The translations under genes and the position numbers were made by a program. The notes under the pieces are model-generated. The model was not told the origin of the DNA and did no database searches. It saw only the letters and a list, made by a program, of their open reading frames with translations. From positions 4,904,608 through 4,968,607 of the forward strand of contig OX638316.1 of the NCBI GenBank assembly GCA_951812525.1: a stretch of DNA of 64,000 nt, in the 5' to 3' direction. Below are positions 50,028 to 61,366 of this stretch, piece by piece; the first letter of the stretch is position 1; each line of letters begins with the position of its first letter. The DNA comes from an uncultured Poribacteria bacterium. Its GTDB lineage: Bacteria; Poribacteria; WGA-4E; WGA-3G.

Positions 50028-51329
50028 CTACACTTCCGAATTATCATCGTTAACATCCAGTGCGAATAATTCCTGTAATGCTTCGACATATTGTGCGTGA
50101 TCAATACTACCATCGTTGACAGCACAGCGGAGATTCTGCATAGGATGGTGAAGCAGTTTTTTGACAATCGCCTGGGTCATGGAAGTAACGGCAGCTTCCT
50201 GCTGATCGGAGAGTGTTGCTTTGTAGAAGCATGCTTGCAATTCGGTGTCGGCTATCTGTTGAAACTGCTGATGGAGTGCCTTAATTGTAGGATTAACCTG
50301 AAAAGTTTGTAATTGGCTGTAGAACCCTTTGGCTTCTTCGGAGACGATCTGTTCTGCCCTGACTGCTTCGTGTTGCCTATCTTTGAGGTTGGAGGCGACA
50401 ACGGCTTCGAGATCGTCAATATTGTAGAGGAAAGCGTGGTCAATTTTACTCACGTCCGGATCAATGTCGCGTGGGACTGCGATGTCGATAAGGAACATGT
50501 ATCGATGCCTACGTTTCCGCATGATGTCAACGAGAGGCTTCCGTTTGATGAGGTAATCGGGGGCATTGGTAGAACTGATGACGATATCGGCATCAACGAG
50601 AAATCCGAGATCGCTATCATAAGGGTGTGGTGTTCCGTTAAACTTCTCGGCAATTGTGACAGCACGTTCATAAGTGCGATTTGCAACAATTACGTTAGCG
50701 GCACCATTGGCGACGAGATGTTTTGCGGTAAGTTCGCTCATTTCACCCGCGCCGATAATAGCGACAGTCTTTCCCTCAAGTGTATTGAAAATCTTTTTGG
50801 CGAGTTCAACGGCAGCGTAACTTATAGAGACAGCACCGGTAGTGATTGTCGTCTCGGAGCGGATGCGTTTGCCGACACTGAAAGCTTTGGCGAAAAGCCG
50901 ATTGAGAACAACCCCAACGCTCCCTGCTGAACGCGAAAGATCGTAAGCGGATTTGACTTGACCCAGTATTTGGGACTCACCGACCACCATAGAATCAAGA
51001 CTCGATGTTACTCTGAAGAGATGCTGGATCGTCTCCAAGTTACGATGAAGATAACACCACTTCTTGAGCGAATCCACACCAATCCGATGGTAGCGAGCGA
51101 GGAATTCGACCAACATTTTGGCAGCTGCGTCGGCATTCTGCACTGAATGTGCAAGTGCATAAACCTCTACCCGGTTACAGGTAGAGAGGACTACTGCCTC
51201 TTGAACCTGATCAGATTCATGCAAACGCTGGAGGAATTCAATAAGTTGTTCATCGGAAAACGCCAATTTTTCCCTAAATTCAATGGGAGCAACATGGTGA
51301 CTGGTTCCGACGGAGACAATCTGGTTCAT
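50028..51329 (-). CDS. hemA: Glutamyl-tRNA reductase
   Basis: It has the catalytic Cys region STCNRVEVY and the NADPH motif IIGAGEMSEL. Confidence 0.9.
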   Translation of the reverse strand: MNQIVSVGTSHHVAPIEFREKLAFSDEQLIEFLQRLHESDQVQEAVVLSTCNRVEVYALAHSVQNADAAAKMLVEFLARYHRIGVDSLKKWCYLHRNLETIQHLFRVTSSLDSMVVGESQILGQVKSAYDLSRSAGSVGVVLNRLFAKAFSVGKRIRSETTITTGAVSISYAAVELAKKIFNTLEGKTVAIIGAGEMSELTAKHLVANGAANVIVANRTYERAVTIAEKFNGTPHPYDSDLGFLVDADIVISSTNAPDYLIKRKPLVDIMRKRRHRYMFLIDIAVPRDIDPDVSKIDHAFLYNIDDLEAVVASNLKDRQHEAVRAEQIVSEEAKGFYSQLQTFQVNPTIKALHQQFQQIADTELQACFYKATLSDQQEAAVTSMTQAIVKKLLHHPMQNLRCAVNDGSIDHAQYVEALQELFALDVNDDNSEV

Positions 51330-51467
51330 TTTTCCTCAAGAGAATTCAAAATGGGTGAACACACATGCTTTGAATAAATTATATCACATATTATACGCTG
51401 TGTCAAATTTACAGTTCAGCCTGTTACCAAAATCTGGACTTTTGACCAAATGGACTATTTTTTCACA

Positions 51468-52310
51468 TCACCGGTATGTATGCATGCTGTCTAAAAAGAG
51501 ATCTACGCCAACGTAGGTACAGAGGACAGCAACAAAGCCGACAATTGCAGCATACGCTGCTCTGCGTCCATGCCAGCCCCAAAACTGGCGGAAACCTACT
51601 TGGAGGACATAGATAAACAAGGTAACAAAGGTGGAAATTACTTTCGCATCAACCCATCTCCAAGGCACATCTCGAATATATTGGGTCCAGAGGCTTCCAA
51701 CAATAACTCCCATCGTGAGCAGAATCACACCGAGGATCGTGCAACGGTATCCAAGCTCATCAGAAATACCGAGGGAAGGGAGGAGATTGTCAAGGAGTGC
51801 GTCCGCTTTTTTGCGAATTTTTCGCTCTGCCATCAGGTACATTAACCCAAATCCAAATGCAGCGATGAAAGCAGCATAAGCAAGAAAAATGAGTGCAGTG
51901 TGTGCCAGAAGCCAGTAGTTTTGCAGTGGCTTTGGGAGTGCAGCGGTATGCGATGCGAAACTATATGAAATAAGTATTGCAATGAACGCAGCGGGCATAA
52001 CAAAACTGCCGAGCGTTCGGAGATGCGTCAAACGCACAATAAGTAGATAAATCAACGTGATAGCCCACGCAAAAAACGCTATGGAATCGGTCCAGTGTGT
52101 CATTGGAAAATGACCCTGCAGTAGCCACCAGAGTGCAATAAACAGGGTAAGAAACACGAAACCGACGATAGTGCTCCAAAAAGCGATACGCTCAATCGTT
52201 GGACGAATTACTGATCCCTCAGCACGACCGCCTATAGCCAGCGAAAGCGTGTGAAAAATGCTTGCTGCTAAGTATATCAAAAGGGTAAGGAGAAACAAAA
52301 AATTTATCAT
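51468..52310 (-). CDS. Cytochrome c assembly (CcsA/ResC) family membrane protein, HemX-like, in the hem operon
   Basis: It is predicted to have 8 TM segments and has a W-rich region. Its position between sirC and hemA matches Bacillus hemAXCDBL. Confidence 0.65.
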   Translation of the reverse strand: MINFLFLLTLLIYLAASIFHTLSLAIGGRAEGSVIRPTIERIAFWSTIVGFVFLTLFIALWWLLQGHFPMTHWTDSIAFFAWAITLIYLLIVRLTHLRTLGSFVMPAAFIAILISYSFASHTAALPKPLQNYWLLAHTALIFLAYAAFIAAFGFGLMYLMAERKIRKKADALLDNLLPSLGISDELGYRCTILGVILLTMGVIVGSLWTQYIRDVPWRWVDAKVISTFVTLFIYVLQVGFRQFWGWHGRRAAYAAIVGFVAVLCTYVGVDLFLDSMHTYR

Positions 52311-52348
52311 GAAACTATCAGTATCATATACAAAAGATACGCATACAA

Positions 52349-53518
52349 TTATCCAAGACTATCTATGATATGTGCATCCAATAGGTTTGCAGTAAAGGTG
52401 TCAGCGCGTTCCAACTTGCCGTGCCGAATCCAGTTGAACAGGCACTCAGCAGAACATCCAAGATCTGTGAGACCAAGGCAGCATGTCTGTGGTTGCAAAC
52501 TATTCTCTTCAACACTGTCAATGAGTGTCTCAAAAAAGTCGGCACGTTTTTTGGAAGTCGAAAAAGACTTGAGAATCTCAGAACGGTGCGCGCCGAGGAA
52601 TTCGATAAATGCACCATAGCCGTTGTTTTCAAACTGGTTCGCGAGTTTCTTTCGGAGACGTTCTGCCTTTTCAGTTCCTGTGCTGCTGCGGGCAGCAATG
52701 CTAATGATCAGGTTGCGATCTACTATGAGATGTGGTGTGAAATGGGTCCCGGCATGCGGTTCGCCAAGACATTCCCGAATGACCGCTCCCTTATCTTCAC
52801 AAGTCATATCTACAGCAGAAAGTTCGTTTGCAATCACAAGAAATGCGTCTTCGAGATGATGTGGTTTTATTGCATCGGACGCCATACATAACACGGAGGC
52901 ACCGCACTGGTGTAAAAGTGAGATGCGACGTTCAAGCTCTGGGGTTTCCTGTTCATATAAGACAATACACTTGCGATTTTCCAAGAGGAGATAAACAGGA
53001 TATGGAAGTCCTTGATTCTCAATAGGCACCGGTTTTCCAGCCTCATAGCCGAGCGTGTATAACGAAGTCGCGTTTAGTAAACTCTCAAAATATTCACGGA
53101 TGCGACGGCTCGTCGCAGGACTCTTACCACTCGTAGAGATACTGAGCATAAGCTCACCATCGGTTACAACGGAGGCAGCGGCAAAAGTGCATTGCGGGAT
53201 AACGTCTACAACATTGACTAAACGGATTTTGTTCTTTTCGTGTGCTTCCGCGAAGACAGCAGTGTTAATATCTGTAAAATCGGTCGCGGCACATACGAGA
53301 AAGTAGCCTTTGGTATTGCCCACCTCCAATTGCCGTCTGTGCCAGCGAATTGTGCCGTTCTGTGCGAGGAAGGTAAGCAACTCTGTTGCGTCCGGACTGA
53401 TTACGGTGACATCGCCACCGCTGAGGAGCATAGCGACAACTTTTCGTTCGGCAACGGTGCCACCGCCGACAACGAGGCATTTTTTGTTCTGAAGGTTTAT
53501 ATAGGCAGGATAAAACAT
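52349..53518 (-). CDS. Precorrin-2 dehydrogenase / sirohydrochlorin ferrochelatase-like (SirC/Met8 N-domain) protein with an additional C-terminal half
   Basis: The N-terminus reads YINLQNKKCLVVGGGTVAERKV. A second Rossmann-like stretch begins around aa 190. Confidence 0.6.
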   Translation of the reverse strand: MFYPAYINLQNKKCLVVGGGTVAERKVVAMLLSGGDVTVISPDATELLTFLAQNGTIRWHRRQLEVGNTKGYFLVCAATDFTDINTAVFAEAHEKNKIRLVNVVDVIPQCTFAAASVVTDGELMLSISTSGKSPATSRRIREYFESLLNATSLYTLGYEAGKPVPIENQGLPYPVYLLLENRKCIVLYEQETPELERRISLLHQCGASVLCMASDAIKPHHLEDAFLVIANELSAVDMTCEDKGAVIRECLGEPHAGTHFTPHLIVDRNLIISIAARSSTGTEKAERLRKKLANQFENNGYGAFIEFLGAHRSEILKSFSTSKKRADFFETLIDSVEENSLQPQTCCLGLTDLGCSAECLFNWIRHGKLERADTFTANLLDAHIIDSLG

Positions 53519-53568
53519 TTTGTGAGCTGTGAGTTGTCAGTTTGGTTTGTTGGGTTACGTGTTATTCT

Positions 53569-54549
53569 TCATGAATCGCGTGAGACGACGTAATCTGCGA
53601 GTTGCTGTAGTGCGAGACAAGCATCGGCCTGCGGTAGGATCTCCAATGCTGCCTTGGCGCGATCGGCGTAGTCTTGTGCGACTTTCAGACAGTGGGTTTC
53701 GACGCCATATCGCTGGAATAGGGATTCCACAAAGGCGATTGCCTCTGCTTCATCTGTATTAGGATTCAGTACCTTTTCAAGCATCTGCTTCTCATCATCA
53801 TTACAAACAGTTCGGGCATAAATAATTGGAAAAGTGAGTTTTCCTTCACGGAGATCGCCGAACGTATTTTTTCCTAATTTATCTGGATTCTCCGTGAAAT
53901 CGAGCACATCATCGACAATTTGGAAGGCGGTCCCAATTTGTTGTCCATAGACAGTTAGTGCTTCAATCTGCTGTGGATCCGTTGTACCGAGATGTGCACC
54001 GAGGGTACAGGAAGCAGTAATCAGTTTACCGGTCTTGAAACTGATAATTTTGAGGTATTCGGCTTCGGAGATGTCGAAATCGCCACTTTTGTAGGCGTGT
54101 ATAACTTCACCTTCGCACATGGCTTGTGTGGTATCAGCGAGGATTGCCATGGCTGGATCATCGGAGCGACGTGCTACGAGCATAGAGAGAACACGAGCAT
54201 GTAAGTAGTCTCCGACGAGGACTGCGACTTTATTGCCCCACTTTGTGTGTAACGTTTCGCGTCCACGGCGGATGGCAGCTTCGTCAAGTACATCGTCGTG
54301 AACAAGTGATGCAACATGAATGAGTTCAACAACAGCAGCGAGCGTATGTGCGTCATCGCCTTCATATCCAGAGACTTTGGCAGAAAGAACAACCAGAATC
54401 GGGCGGAGACGTTTGCCACCTCCTTCCACGACATGCTGGACTGCCATGTCAACGAAACTGTATTCACTGGCGGTGTTTTCAGTAAGCTTCGCCTCAACGG
54501 CACTGAGATCATCAGCAATCAAATGAACAATTCGATCAAAGTTGGACAT
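53569..54549 (-). CDS. Polyprenyl diphosphate synthase (IspB-like)
   Basis: The first DDxxD motif reads LVHDDVLDE and the second reads FQIVDDVLD. Confidence 0.8.
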   Translation of the reverse strand: MSNFDRIVHLIADDLSAVEAKLTENTASEYSFVDMAVQHVVEGGGKRLRPILVVLSAKVSGYEGDDAHTLAAVVELIHVASLVHDDVLDEAAIRRGRETLHTKWGNKVAVLVGDYLHARVLSMLVARRSDDPAMAILADTTQAMCEGEVIHAYKSGDFDISEAEYLKIISFKTGKLITASCTLGAHLGTTDPQQIEALTVYGQQIGTAFQIVDDVLDFTENPDKLGKNTFGDLREGKLTFPIIYARTVCNDDEKQMLEKVLNPNTDEAEAIAFVESLFQRYGVETHCLKVAQDYADRAKAALEILPQADACLALQQLADYVVSRDS

Positions 54550-54590
54550 AATGTAGGGGCAGCCCTTGTGGCTGCCCTTCCCTTTTCCCT

Positions 54591-55874
54591 TTAGAGATTA
54601 GCCAATGCCTGTGTTGCAGCTTGAACGGTTTTGTTGATATCCTCTTCGGAGTGAACTAAGGAGACAAATCCCGCTTCAAATTGAGAAGGTGCGACGTAGA
54701 CTCCGCCCTCTATGAGTCCCCAGAAGTATTGTTGGAAGCGTTCAGTATCTGCTGTGCGGGCACCATCGGCATCTGTGACAGTCTCCGGCGTGAAATAGAG
54801 CATAAGCATTGAACCGACGCGGCTATGCCAAGCATCAATGCCATGCCTTTGAGTCGCCTCAGCGAGTCCATCTGCAAGGGCAGCAGCAGAACTTTCGAGC
54901 TGTGCGTAGATGCCGGGTTCAGCAAGGCGTTTGAGCGTCGTTATACCTGCCGTAACGGCTAAAGGATTACCGGAAAGTGTTCCTGCCTGATAGACATCAC
55001 CTTCTGGGGCAACACACCGCATGATATCGCGTTTTCCACCGTAAGCTCCAACGGGTAACCCGCCACCAATAATTTTCCCTAAACAGGTCATGTCGGGTGT
55101 GACGTTGTAATAAGACTGCGCTCCACCATACGCCACTCGAAACCCGGTGATGACTTCATCAAAAATGAGCACAATACCGTGCGCCTCAGTAATCTCACGG
55201 AGTTCATCAAGGTAGCCGTCTTGAGGTGGAATGATGCCCATATTGCCCATAATAGGTTCGAGAATGAGGCAGGCAATCTCGTCCGGATTGGCTTCTATCG
55301 CCTCGCGGACAGCATCGGGATTGTTAAATGGCACGGTGAGTGTATTGCGTGCGAAATCCTCTGGTACGCCGCCGCTATCAGAAAGCCCGAACGTTGCGAC
55401 TCCAGAGCCTGCTTTCGCCAAGAGGTAGTCCACATGCCCATGGTAACAGCCGTCAATTTTAATGATTTTATCGCGTCCTGTATACCCACGTGCGACGCGA
55501 ATCGCGGTCATCGTGGCTTCTGTACCGGAGTTGACGAGGCGCACTTGCTCAATCGATGGTACTGCGCTAACAATGGTTTCAGCGAGTTGTGTTTCCAATG
55601 TCGTCGGCGCGCCAAAACTTGTGCCATTCGCTGCTGCCGAACTGACAGCCTCTACAACGCTCGGATGCGCGTGTCCCAAAACCAAGGGACCCCAAGAGGC
55701 AACATAGTCAATATATTCGTTCCCATCAAGGTCATAGATTTTTGAGCCTGCACCGCGGGCGATGAAACGCGGATGGCTACCGACCTTACTGAAGTTTCGG
55801 ACCGGACTGTTAACACCACCCGGGATGAATTGTTGTGATTTTTGCCATGCGGCTAAGGATTTACTGTCCTCCAA
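54591..55874 (-). CDS. hemL: Glutamate-1-semialdehyde 2,1-aminomutase
   Basis: It has the class III aminotransferase fold with the PLP lysine region ...CLGKIIGGGLPVGAYGG. Confidence 0.9.
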   Translation of the reverse strand: MEDSKSLAAWQKSQQFIPGGVNSPVRNFSKVGSHPRFIARGAGSKIYDLDGNEYIDYVASWGPLVLGHAHPSVVEAVSSAAANGTSFGAPTTLETQLAETIVSAVPSIEQVRLVNSGTEATMTAIRVARGYTGRDKIIKIDGCYHGHVDYLLAKAGSGVATFGLSDSGGVPEDFARNTLTVPFNNPDAVREAIEANPDEIACLILEPIMGNMGIIPPQDGYLDELREITEAHGIVLIFDEVITGFRVAYGGAQSYYNVTPDMTCLGKIIGGGLPVGAYGGKRDIMRCVAPEGDVYQAGTLSGNPLAVTAGITTLKRLAEPGIYAQLESSAAALADGLAEATQRHGIDAWHSRVGSMLMLYFTPETVTDADGARTADTERFQQYFWGLIEGGVYVAPSQFEAGFVSLVHSEEDINKTVQAATQALANL

Positions 55875-55977
55875 AGCATTTCCTCCAAATTTCTATAGCT
55901 ACCGGTTATCAGCAGTCGGAAAGAAGTATTTTCATGAATCCGTACCTCTTACTGACCACGGATCGCTGATAGCGAAT

Positions 55978-56949
55978 TTATAACCATTCCACGACAGATT
56001 TGGCAAAGTAGGTTAGAATCATATCTGCGCCTGCGCGTTTGATACTGGTTAATACCTCCAGTGCGACGCGTTTTTCGTCGATCCAGCCGTTTTCCGCCGC
56101 TGCTTTAATCATAGCATACTCACCACTGACGTTATAGGCGGCAACAGGGACCTGAAATTCTGTTTTGACCCGTTGGATTACGTCAAGATAGGCAAGCGCT
56201 GGTTTTACCATGAGAATGTCAGCACCTTCTTCAATATCGAGCGAAACTTCCCGTAACGCTTCTTCAGCATTTGCTGAATCCATTTGATAGGCACGCCGGT
56301 CTCCGAACTGGGGAGTCGATTCCGCTGCTTCACGAAAGGGACCGTAAAAGGCAGATGCGTACTTGGCAGAATACGCCATAATTGGGATGTTTTGGTATCC
56401 GTTTTCATCCAAAGCGGCGCGAATTGCCCCAACACGCCCGTCCATCATGTCCGAGGGTGCGATGACATCAGCACCGGCACGTGCATGCGAAAGACTTTCC
56501 TTAACAAGGAGTTCAAGGGTCGGATCGTTCTGTACTTCACCAGCTTCAATAACCCCACAATGCCCATGATCGGTGTATTCGCAGAGACAAACATCCGTCA
56601 TCACAAGTAGGTCAGGCACTGTATCTTTAATCGCTCGGACGGCTTGTTGAATAATGCCATCATCGGCATACGCCTCTGAACCGATCGGGTCTTTCTCTTC
56701 TGGAATGCCAAACAAGATTGTTCCCGGGATGCCCAGTGCAGCGAGTTCCTTCGCAGCAGTAACGAGAATGTCGACCGAATACTGGTAGCATCCAGGCATT
56801 GCGGAAATTTCAGTTGCGGTATTGTGCCCATGAACGACAAACATCGGGTAAATCAGATCGTCGACGGAAAGTGTTGTTTCGCGAACCAGTCGTCGCAAGT
56901 TTTCATTTGCGCGAAGTCGCCTTGGGCGGTAGATAGGGAAGGTGCTCAT
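55978..56949 (-). CDS. hemB: Porphobilinogen synthase (ALA dehydratase)
   Basis: Signatures are YQVSGEYAM and the active-site lysine region [10 protein letters not shown]. Confidence 0.9.
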   Translation of the reverse strand: MSTFPIYRPRRLRANENLRRLVRETTLSVDDLIYPMFVVHGHNTATEISAMPGCYQYSVDILVTAAKELAALGIPGTILFGIPEEKDPIGSEAYADDGIIQQAVRAIKDTVPDLLVMTDVCLCEYTDHGHCGVIEAGEVQNDPTLELLVKESLSHARAGADVIAPSDMMDGRVGAIRAALDENGYQNIPIMAYSAKYASAFYGPFREAAESTPQFGDRRAYQMDSANAEEALREVSLDIEEGADILMVKPALAYLDVIQRVKTEFQVPVAAYNVSGEYAMIKAAAENGWIDEKRVALEVLTSIKRAGADMILTYFAKSVVEWL

Positions 56950-57911
56950 TCGCTTTCTGAACCTGAAGATTTAATTTCGTATTGTATCAATTCAAAGGTT
57001 TTGTCTTCGGGAGGCTCCAATCCAAGCGCATCAGATGCTTCGTCGTGTTGGTGTTCTTGTGTCATCTTGACAATACCAACGTTAGGTGCCAACCAGAGCG
57101 TCGTGAGGGATGTGCCTTTTTGTTCTTGCACGCCGGGTTGCTGCGGAACTTCCATAGACAGAGCCGTCTCAGATGATGCGTCCGTTCGGTATTCAACTAT
57201 CAAGCAGTCTTCAAAGGTGCCGGCATCCGTATCCACCGTTTCTGTCCCTGTGACGTTCCCTACCTCCACATAAGTCGTGTAAGTTGTGGCAGTTTGCGTC
57301 GAGCCACCCGGTATCTCCATGGGTAAGCCCTTGATATCAATAGTCATGGTCAGGACGACATTTACTTCAATCGCTGTCCATTCTTCATTAAAAGTGGCTG
57401 GTGTCGGTAGGAAATAGAAGTAGTCTTGGGATGTCACATCAACTTCATAACTTATGTCAAATGAGACGTTTAACCCTTCAGGTATCTGGTCCTGCATTGC
57501 CTGACGCATCACGACAAGAGCTTCATCCATCTGTTGTATCATGGATGCCTTAACTGCGTTTTGGACTTCGGTGCCGACAAAGAACGCCACCCAGTCATCG
57601 CCAACTTGATAGTAATAGGGATGCACATAATGCTCAAAGTCTGTCCAATTCTCCAAACCCGGATCATAACTGAAAGCACTATAGGTGTCGCCGTCAATAT
57701 TTTCTGATTCTATTGCATACCGCGTCAATTCATCGCCGTTATGATCCTCGTAGACCCAATAACTTCCGATGGCATCTGGAAAGTAGTAGTTCGCCCATTC
57801 ATTTCCCATCAACGCTGTGCTGCAAGCGAAAACGAGTAACAGGATAAGAACAGACCGGATTTTTTTCACAATGATATTCCTCCAAAATTTTTTACTTCTC
57901 CAATCATCCAT
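56946..57911 (-). CDS. Hypothetical secreted or membrane-anchored protein. Its stop overlaps the hemB start by 4 bp.
   Basis: It has a signal-anchor and is rich in acidic residues and Thr. There are no recognisable motifs. Confidence 0.4.
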   Translation of the reverse strand: MDDWRSKKFWRNIIVKKIRSVLILLLVFACSTALMGNEWANYYFPDAIGSYWVYEDHNGDELTRYAIESENIDGDTYSAFSYDPGLENWTDFEHYVHPYYYQVGDDWVAFFVGTEVQNAVKASMIQQMDEALVVMRQAMQDQIPEGLNVSFDISYEVDVTSQDYFYFLPTPATFNEEWTAIEVNVVLTMTIDIKGLPMEIPGGSTQTATTYTTYVEVGNVTGTETVDTDAGTFEDCLIVEYRTDASSETALSMEVPQQPGVQEQKGTSLTTLWLAPNVGIVKMTQEHQHDEASDALGLEPPEDKTFELIQYEIKSSGSESE

Positions 57912-57983
57912 CTAATAGTATACAGGATTTTACTGGATACGACAAGGAAAATGTGATGCATCCCGCGGTGGTGAAAGTAGTGT

Positions 57984-59069
57984 TTAGCGCGTCTCGTATT
58001 CAAAGGGGAAGGTAACAGGCGCGCCGTTATTTGCCCATGAACGTGCCATAGCGACATCAATCTCGCGGTCCTTACGACCATTGTATGCCCCATACTCAGG
58101 CTCTGTATCGTTGCGAACGGCGTTCACGAGACTCATCAACTCGGATGCGACAGTGATCTCACCATCGCTGAGAGGATAATTTTGCAACGGGTTTTCCCAG
58201 ACCACCTCGGGATCGGTATCTGCGACGAGCGCAGCCAGTGTTTCGTAGCCGTCAACGGCATTGGTTCTGCGGGAGATGTTAACCGGACGTTGTCCATCAG
58301 CAGTTTCGTTCAAGATGACTGCATTATCTCGGAAACACATTCCGCGTTCGGCATAGAACTTTGAACCGTTAAAACCTCGGAGTGGCGAACCGTAAGAGAG
58401 ACTGCTGAAATTGAAGATACCGACAGCACCATCTTCAAATTCGATTACAGCATGCTGCCAATCCTCAGTATCCCGCTTGGGTTGTCCCTGCCGCCAGATG
58501 TGATCCTGGACGTTATATCCCTTTCGGAAACCGTAAACCTGTACCGGCTCATTCTCGAAACCGACGTAGCTGCGGACGAGTCCGATACCGTGGTAACCGT
58601 GTCCCCGGAAATCATTGTAGGCGGCGTTGACTTTGCCAAATACCCCCGCCAGAATCATTTGGCGTTTTATTCGTTCAGTAGGCACCCGATAATAGTTTTC
58701 GTTAACCTCCACCTTCGTGCCGTTTGCCTGTGCGGACGCAATCATCTTATCCGCCCATCCGAGGTCGGTGTCAATAGGTGTTTCGGTGCAATAACTGACA
58801 CCACGTTCAGAGCAGAGAAGTCCGGGAATGTGATTGTTGCTTGGGGTAATGACAATTGAGCAGATATCTGGTTTCACGGTGTCTAACATCTGCTCAGTAT
58901 CTGTATAATGGGGGACGTTGAATTTTTCGCCCTGCTCAGTTACGCTTTCTCCCTGTTGATCACAAACGGCGACTAATTCAAGGTCATCAGTCAATTTCGA
59001 GATAATAGGTAGGTAAGTGCCAGACCCGCGCCTGCCTGTACCGATATGTGCGATTTTGAGCTTATCCAC
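57984..59069 (-). CDS. Gfo/Idh/MocA family oxidoreductase
   Basis: The N-terminal motif reads LKIAHIGTGRRGSG. Confidence 0.7.
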   Translation of the reverse strand: MDKLKIAHIGTGRRGSGTYLPIISKLTDDLELVAVCDQQGESVTEQGEKFNVPHYTDTEQMLDTVKPDICSIVITPSNNHIPGLLCSERGVSYCTETPIDTDLGWADKMIASAQANGTKVEVNENYYRVPTERIKRQMILAGVFGKVNAAYNDFRGHGYHGIGLVRSYVGFENEPVQVYGFRKGYNVQDHIWRQGQPKRDTEDWQHAVIEFEDGAVGIFNFSSLSYGSPLRGFNGSKFYAERGMCFRDNAVILNETADGQRPVNISRRTNAVDGYETLAALVADTDPEVVWENPLQNYPLSDGEITVASELMSLVNAVRNDTEPEYGAYNGRKDREIDVAMARSWANNGAPVTFPFEYETR

Positions 59070-59111
59070 GGTTTTCTCCTTCTGGCTATGCTGGATAGGA
59101 GTTGACCTTTA

Positions 59112-59597
59112 CTATTCTACCCAAAAGATATGGCTCCGTTCAAAGAGGTCATCAAGATAAATATCAACCAACCACTCGCCTGTATCATCGGGTAGGTCTA
59201 TGTAAAACCACGTAATTTTTTCGCCAGTTGTTGATGTGAGCGTTTGTTGTTCGCTCCAGAACGGTGGATCCTCCAAGTCGTCATCTGGCGAGTACCATGA
59301 GACTTCAACGGTGTGTTGTTTCGCGACGCTTGCCCACAAAATCCATAAGTACACCCGCTCATTGACCCCGGCGACGAAGCTTGTAGTGATGCCGTCGGGT
59401 CTGTCCTCAAATACCTCAATCGCTAAAACAGAATCCACTATAGTCGGTTCATCGCGTCCGACATCCGTAAAGCCGCTGCCGCCAGAAGAAGTCTCACTAC
59501 AACCGCTCAACGCGATCATCAACGGCAATAGGACTATCCCTAATGTGGCATACGGACTTGCGAGCGATATCCTGATGAAAGCGTAGGCTTGATGCAT
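59112..59597 (-). CDS. Hypothetical lipoprotein
   Basis: It has a signal peptide with the lipobox LSGC. Confidence 0.4.
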   Translation of the reverse strand: MHQAYAFIRISLASPYATLGIVLLPLMIALSGCSETSSGGSGFTDVGRDEPTIVDSVLAIEVFEDRPDGITTSFVAGVNERVYLWILWASVAKQHTVEVSWYSPDDDLEDPPFWSEQQTLTSTTGEKITWFYIDLPDDTGEWLVDIYLDDLFERSHIFWVE

Positions 59598-59794
59598 GCG
59601 TTATTCTCCTATTTTAGGGTAGGGAATCTGGGTAAAAATTTGGTATAAACCTAATTGCTATTGTAGCAAGCGTCAGATTTTTTGTCAAAGAAAATCGAGA
59701 TGCAAGTCGTGATTCAAAGATCACTCTTGTCCAGATTTCTGTTGACATACACCGCCTTTGTTGATAGGCTAAACCAATAATCAAGGAGCATTCT

Positions 59795-61342
59795 ATGAGA
59801 TTTGATACAATAATTTCTGGCGGAAATATCGTCGATGGAACAGGTAAACAAGCACCGTATATTGCGGACATTGGCATCCAAGATGACCGCATTGCAGCTA
59901 TCGGTGACCTTGGGCAGGCAGAAACACTGGTTCGGATTTCTGCCGAGGGGCAGGTCGTCTGTCCGGGTTTCGTTGATGTGCATGTGCATTCTGAAATCTC
60001 GCTACTCGGTGGACGGGACCAGTTCGCTGCCGTCAGTCAAGGTGTGACGACGCATTTAGCGGCACCAGACGGTTTCGGATGGGCACCGTTATCGCCAGAG
60101 CAAGCACAGGAAATGTGGCACTACACCCAATTCGCATACGGAGACGCTGAAGTTCCGCTCAACTGGAAAACACCAGATGCATATCTGAGCATATTCGAGG
60201 GACGAATCCCTGCGAACCTCTATCCACAGGTGCCGCATTGCGCTGTCCGTCTCGGTGCTATGGGGTGGGACGCACGTCCAGCAACTACCGATGAACTCAA
60301 GGTTATGGAGCGCACGACACGTGAGTGGTTAGAAGCGGGTGCATGTTGTCTCTGCTTGGGGCTAGATTATCAACCCTCAGCGAATGCAGATTTGCGTGAG
60401 TTGGTCTATCTCTCAAAGATCGCTGCGAGTTACGATGCCATCTACGCAGCGCACGTCCGCTATCGCATCCTCGGTAGAAAACAGGCGTGGGAGGAGACAA
60501 TAGAGATTGCCCAAGGTGCTGAAATCCCCGTACATATCTCGCACGAACGCGTTGATGATGAAGCATCTGAAATTCTCGATCGCGTGGAGCGAGAAGATAT
60601 AGATTTGACGTTTGAATCTTATCTCTATCCTGCGGGTATGACCCACCTTGCAATGATGCTCCCGATGGAGTTTCAGAGCGGTGCGCCTGCTGACATGTTA
60701 GCAAATCTGGAAAACCCCGAAGTCCGGGAAAAATCGCTCGCATACCTACAGGGAGAGTTACGCCAAGGCAATCAAATCGTGGGGTACAACCGCTCTGGAA
60801 GGTTTATCGGGATGACACTCGCAGAAGCCGCAAAAAGTGAGGGTAAATCTAATGAAAACTTTGCCTTCGACCTCATTTGCGAAGAAGCGGCGATTGAAAC
60901 CTTTGTGATGCCGTGGGCTACACCTCCTGAAGAAAATGAACACATCTTAAATCGCACCGCAAGCCATCCGCGTATGATGATTGCGAGCGATGGTGTCTAC
61001 AACATTCCACATCCACACCCCCGAAGTTATGGGTGTTTCGTGCAGTATCTGGGTAAGTTCGTGCGTGAGCGTCAGTTAATTTCTCTGCCAGAAGCCATCT
61101 ACAAAATGAGCGGTTTCCCAGCGGAACGTTTCCGATTGTCCGATCGAGGGAGAATTAGCCGTGGGCTTGCCGCAGACATTGTCGTCTTCAACCCAGAGAC
61201 GGTTGCAGACCGCTCCACATGGTTCGATCCGGTACAATCTCCTGTCGGTGTAAACTGGGTGTTCGTTAATGGCGTTTCAGTTGTCGAAAATGGAAACGTG
61301 ACGGGACAGTTGCCCGGCAAAGTGCTACGTCAACAACGATAG
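59795..61342 (+). CDS. Amidohydrolase-family N-acyl-D-amino-acid deacylase (D-aminoacylase)-like
   Basis: It reads IISGGNIVDGTG...VCPGFVDVHVHSE, which is the metal-binding HxH. Confidence 0.75.
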   Translation: MRFDTIISGGNIVDGTGKQAPYIADIGIQDDRIAAIGDLGQAETLVRISAEGQVVCPGFVDVHVHSEISLLGGRDQFAAVSQGVTTHLAAPDGFGWAPLSPEQAQEMWHYTQFAYGDAEVPLNWKTPDAYLSIFEGRIPANLYPQVPHCAVRLGAMGWDARPATTDELKVMERTTREWLEAGACCLCLGLDYQPSANADLRELVYLSKIAASYDAIYAAHVRYRILGRKQAWEETIEIAQGAEIPVHISHERVDDEASEILDRVEREDIDLTFESYLYPAGMTHLAMMLPMEFQSGAPADMLANLENPEVREKSLAYLQGELRQGNQIVGYNRSGRFIGMTLAEAAKSEGKSNENFAFDLICEEAAIETFVMPWATPPEENEHILNRTASHPRMMIASDGVYNIPHPHPRSYGCFVQYLGKFVRERQLISLPEAIYKMSGFPAERFRLSDRGRISRGLAADIVVFNPETVADRSTWFDPVQSPVGVNWVFVNGVSVVENGNVTGQLPGKVLRQQR

Positions 61343-61366
61343 ATAGTGTAGTGTGGAGGGAAAACC

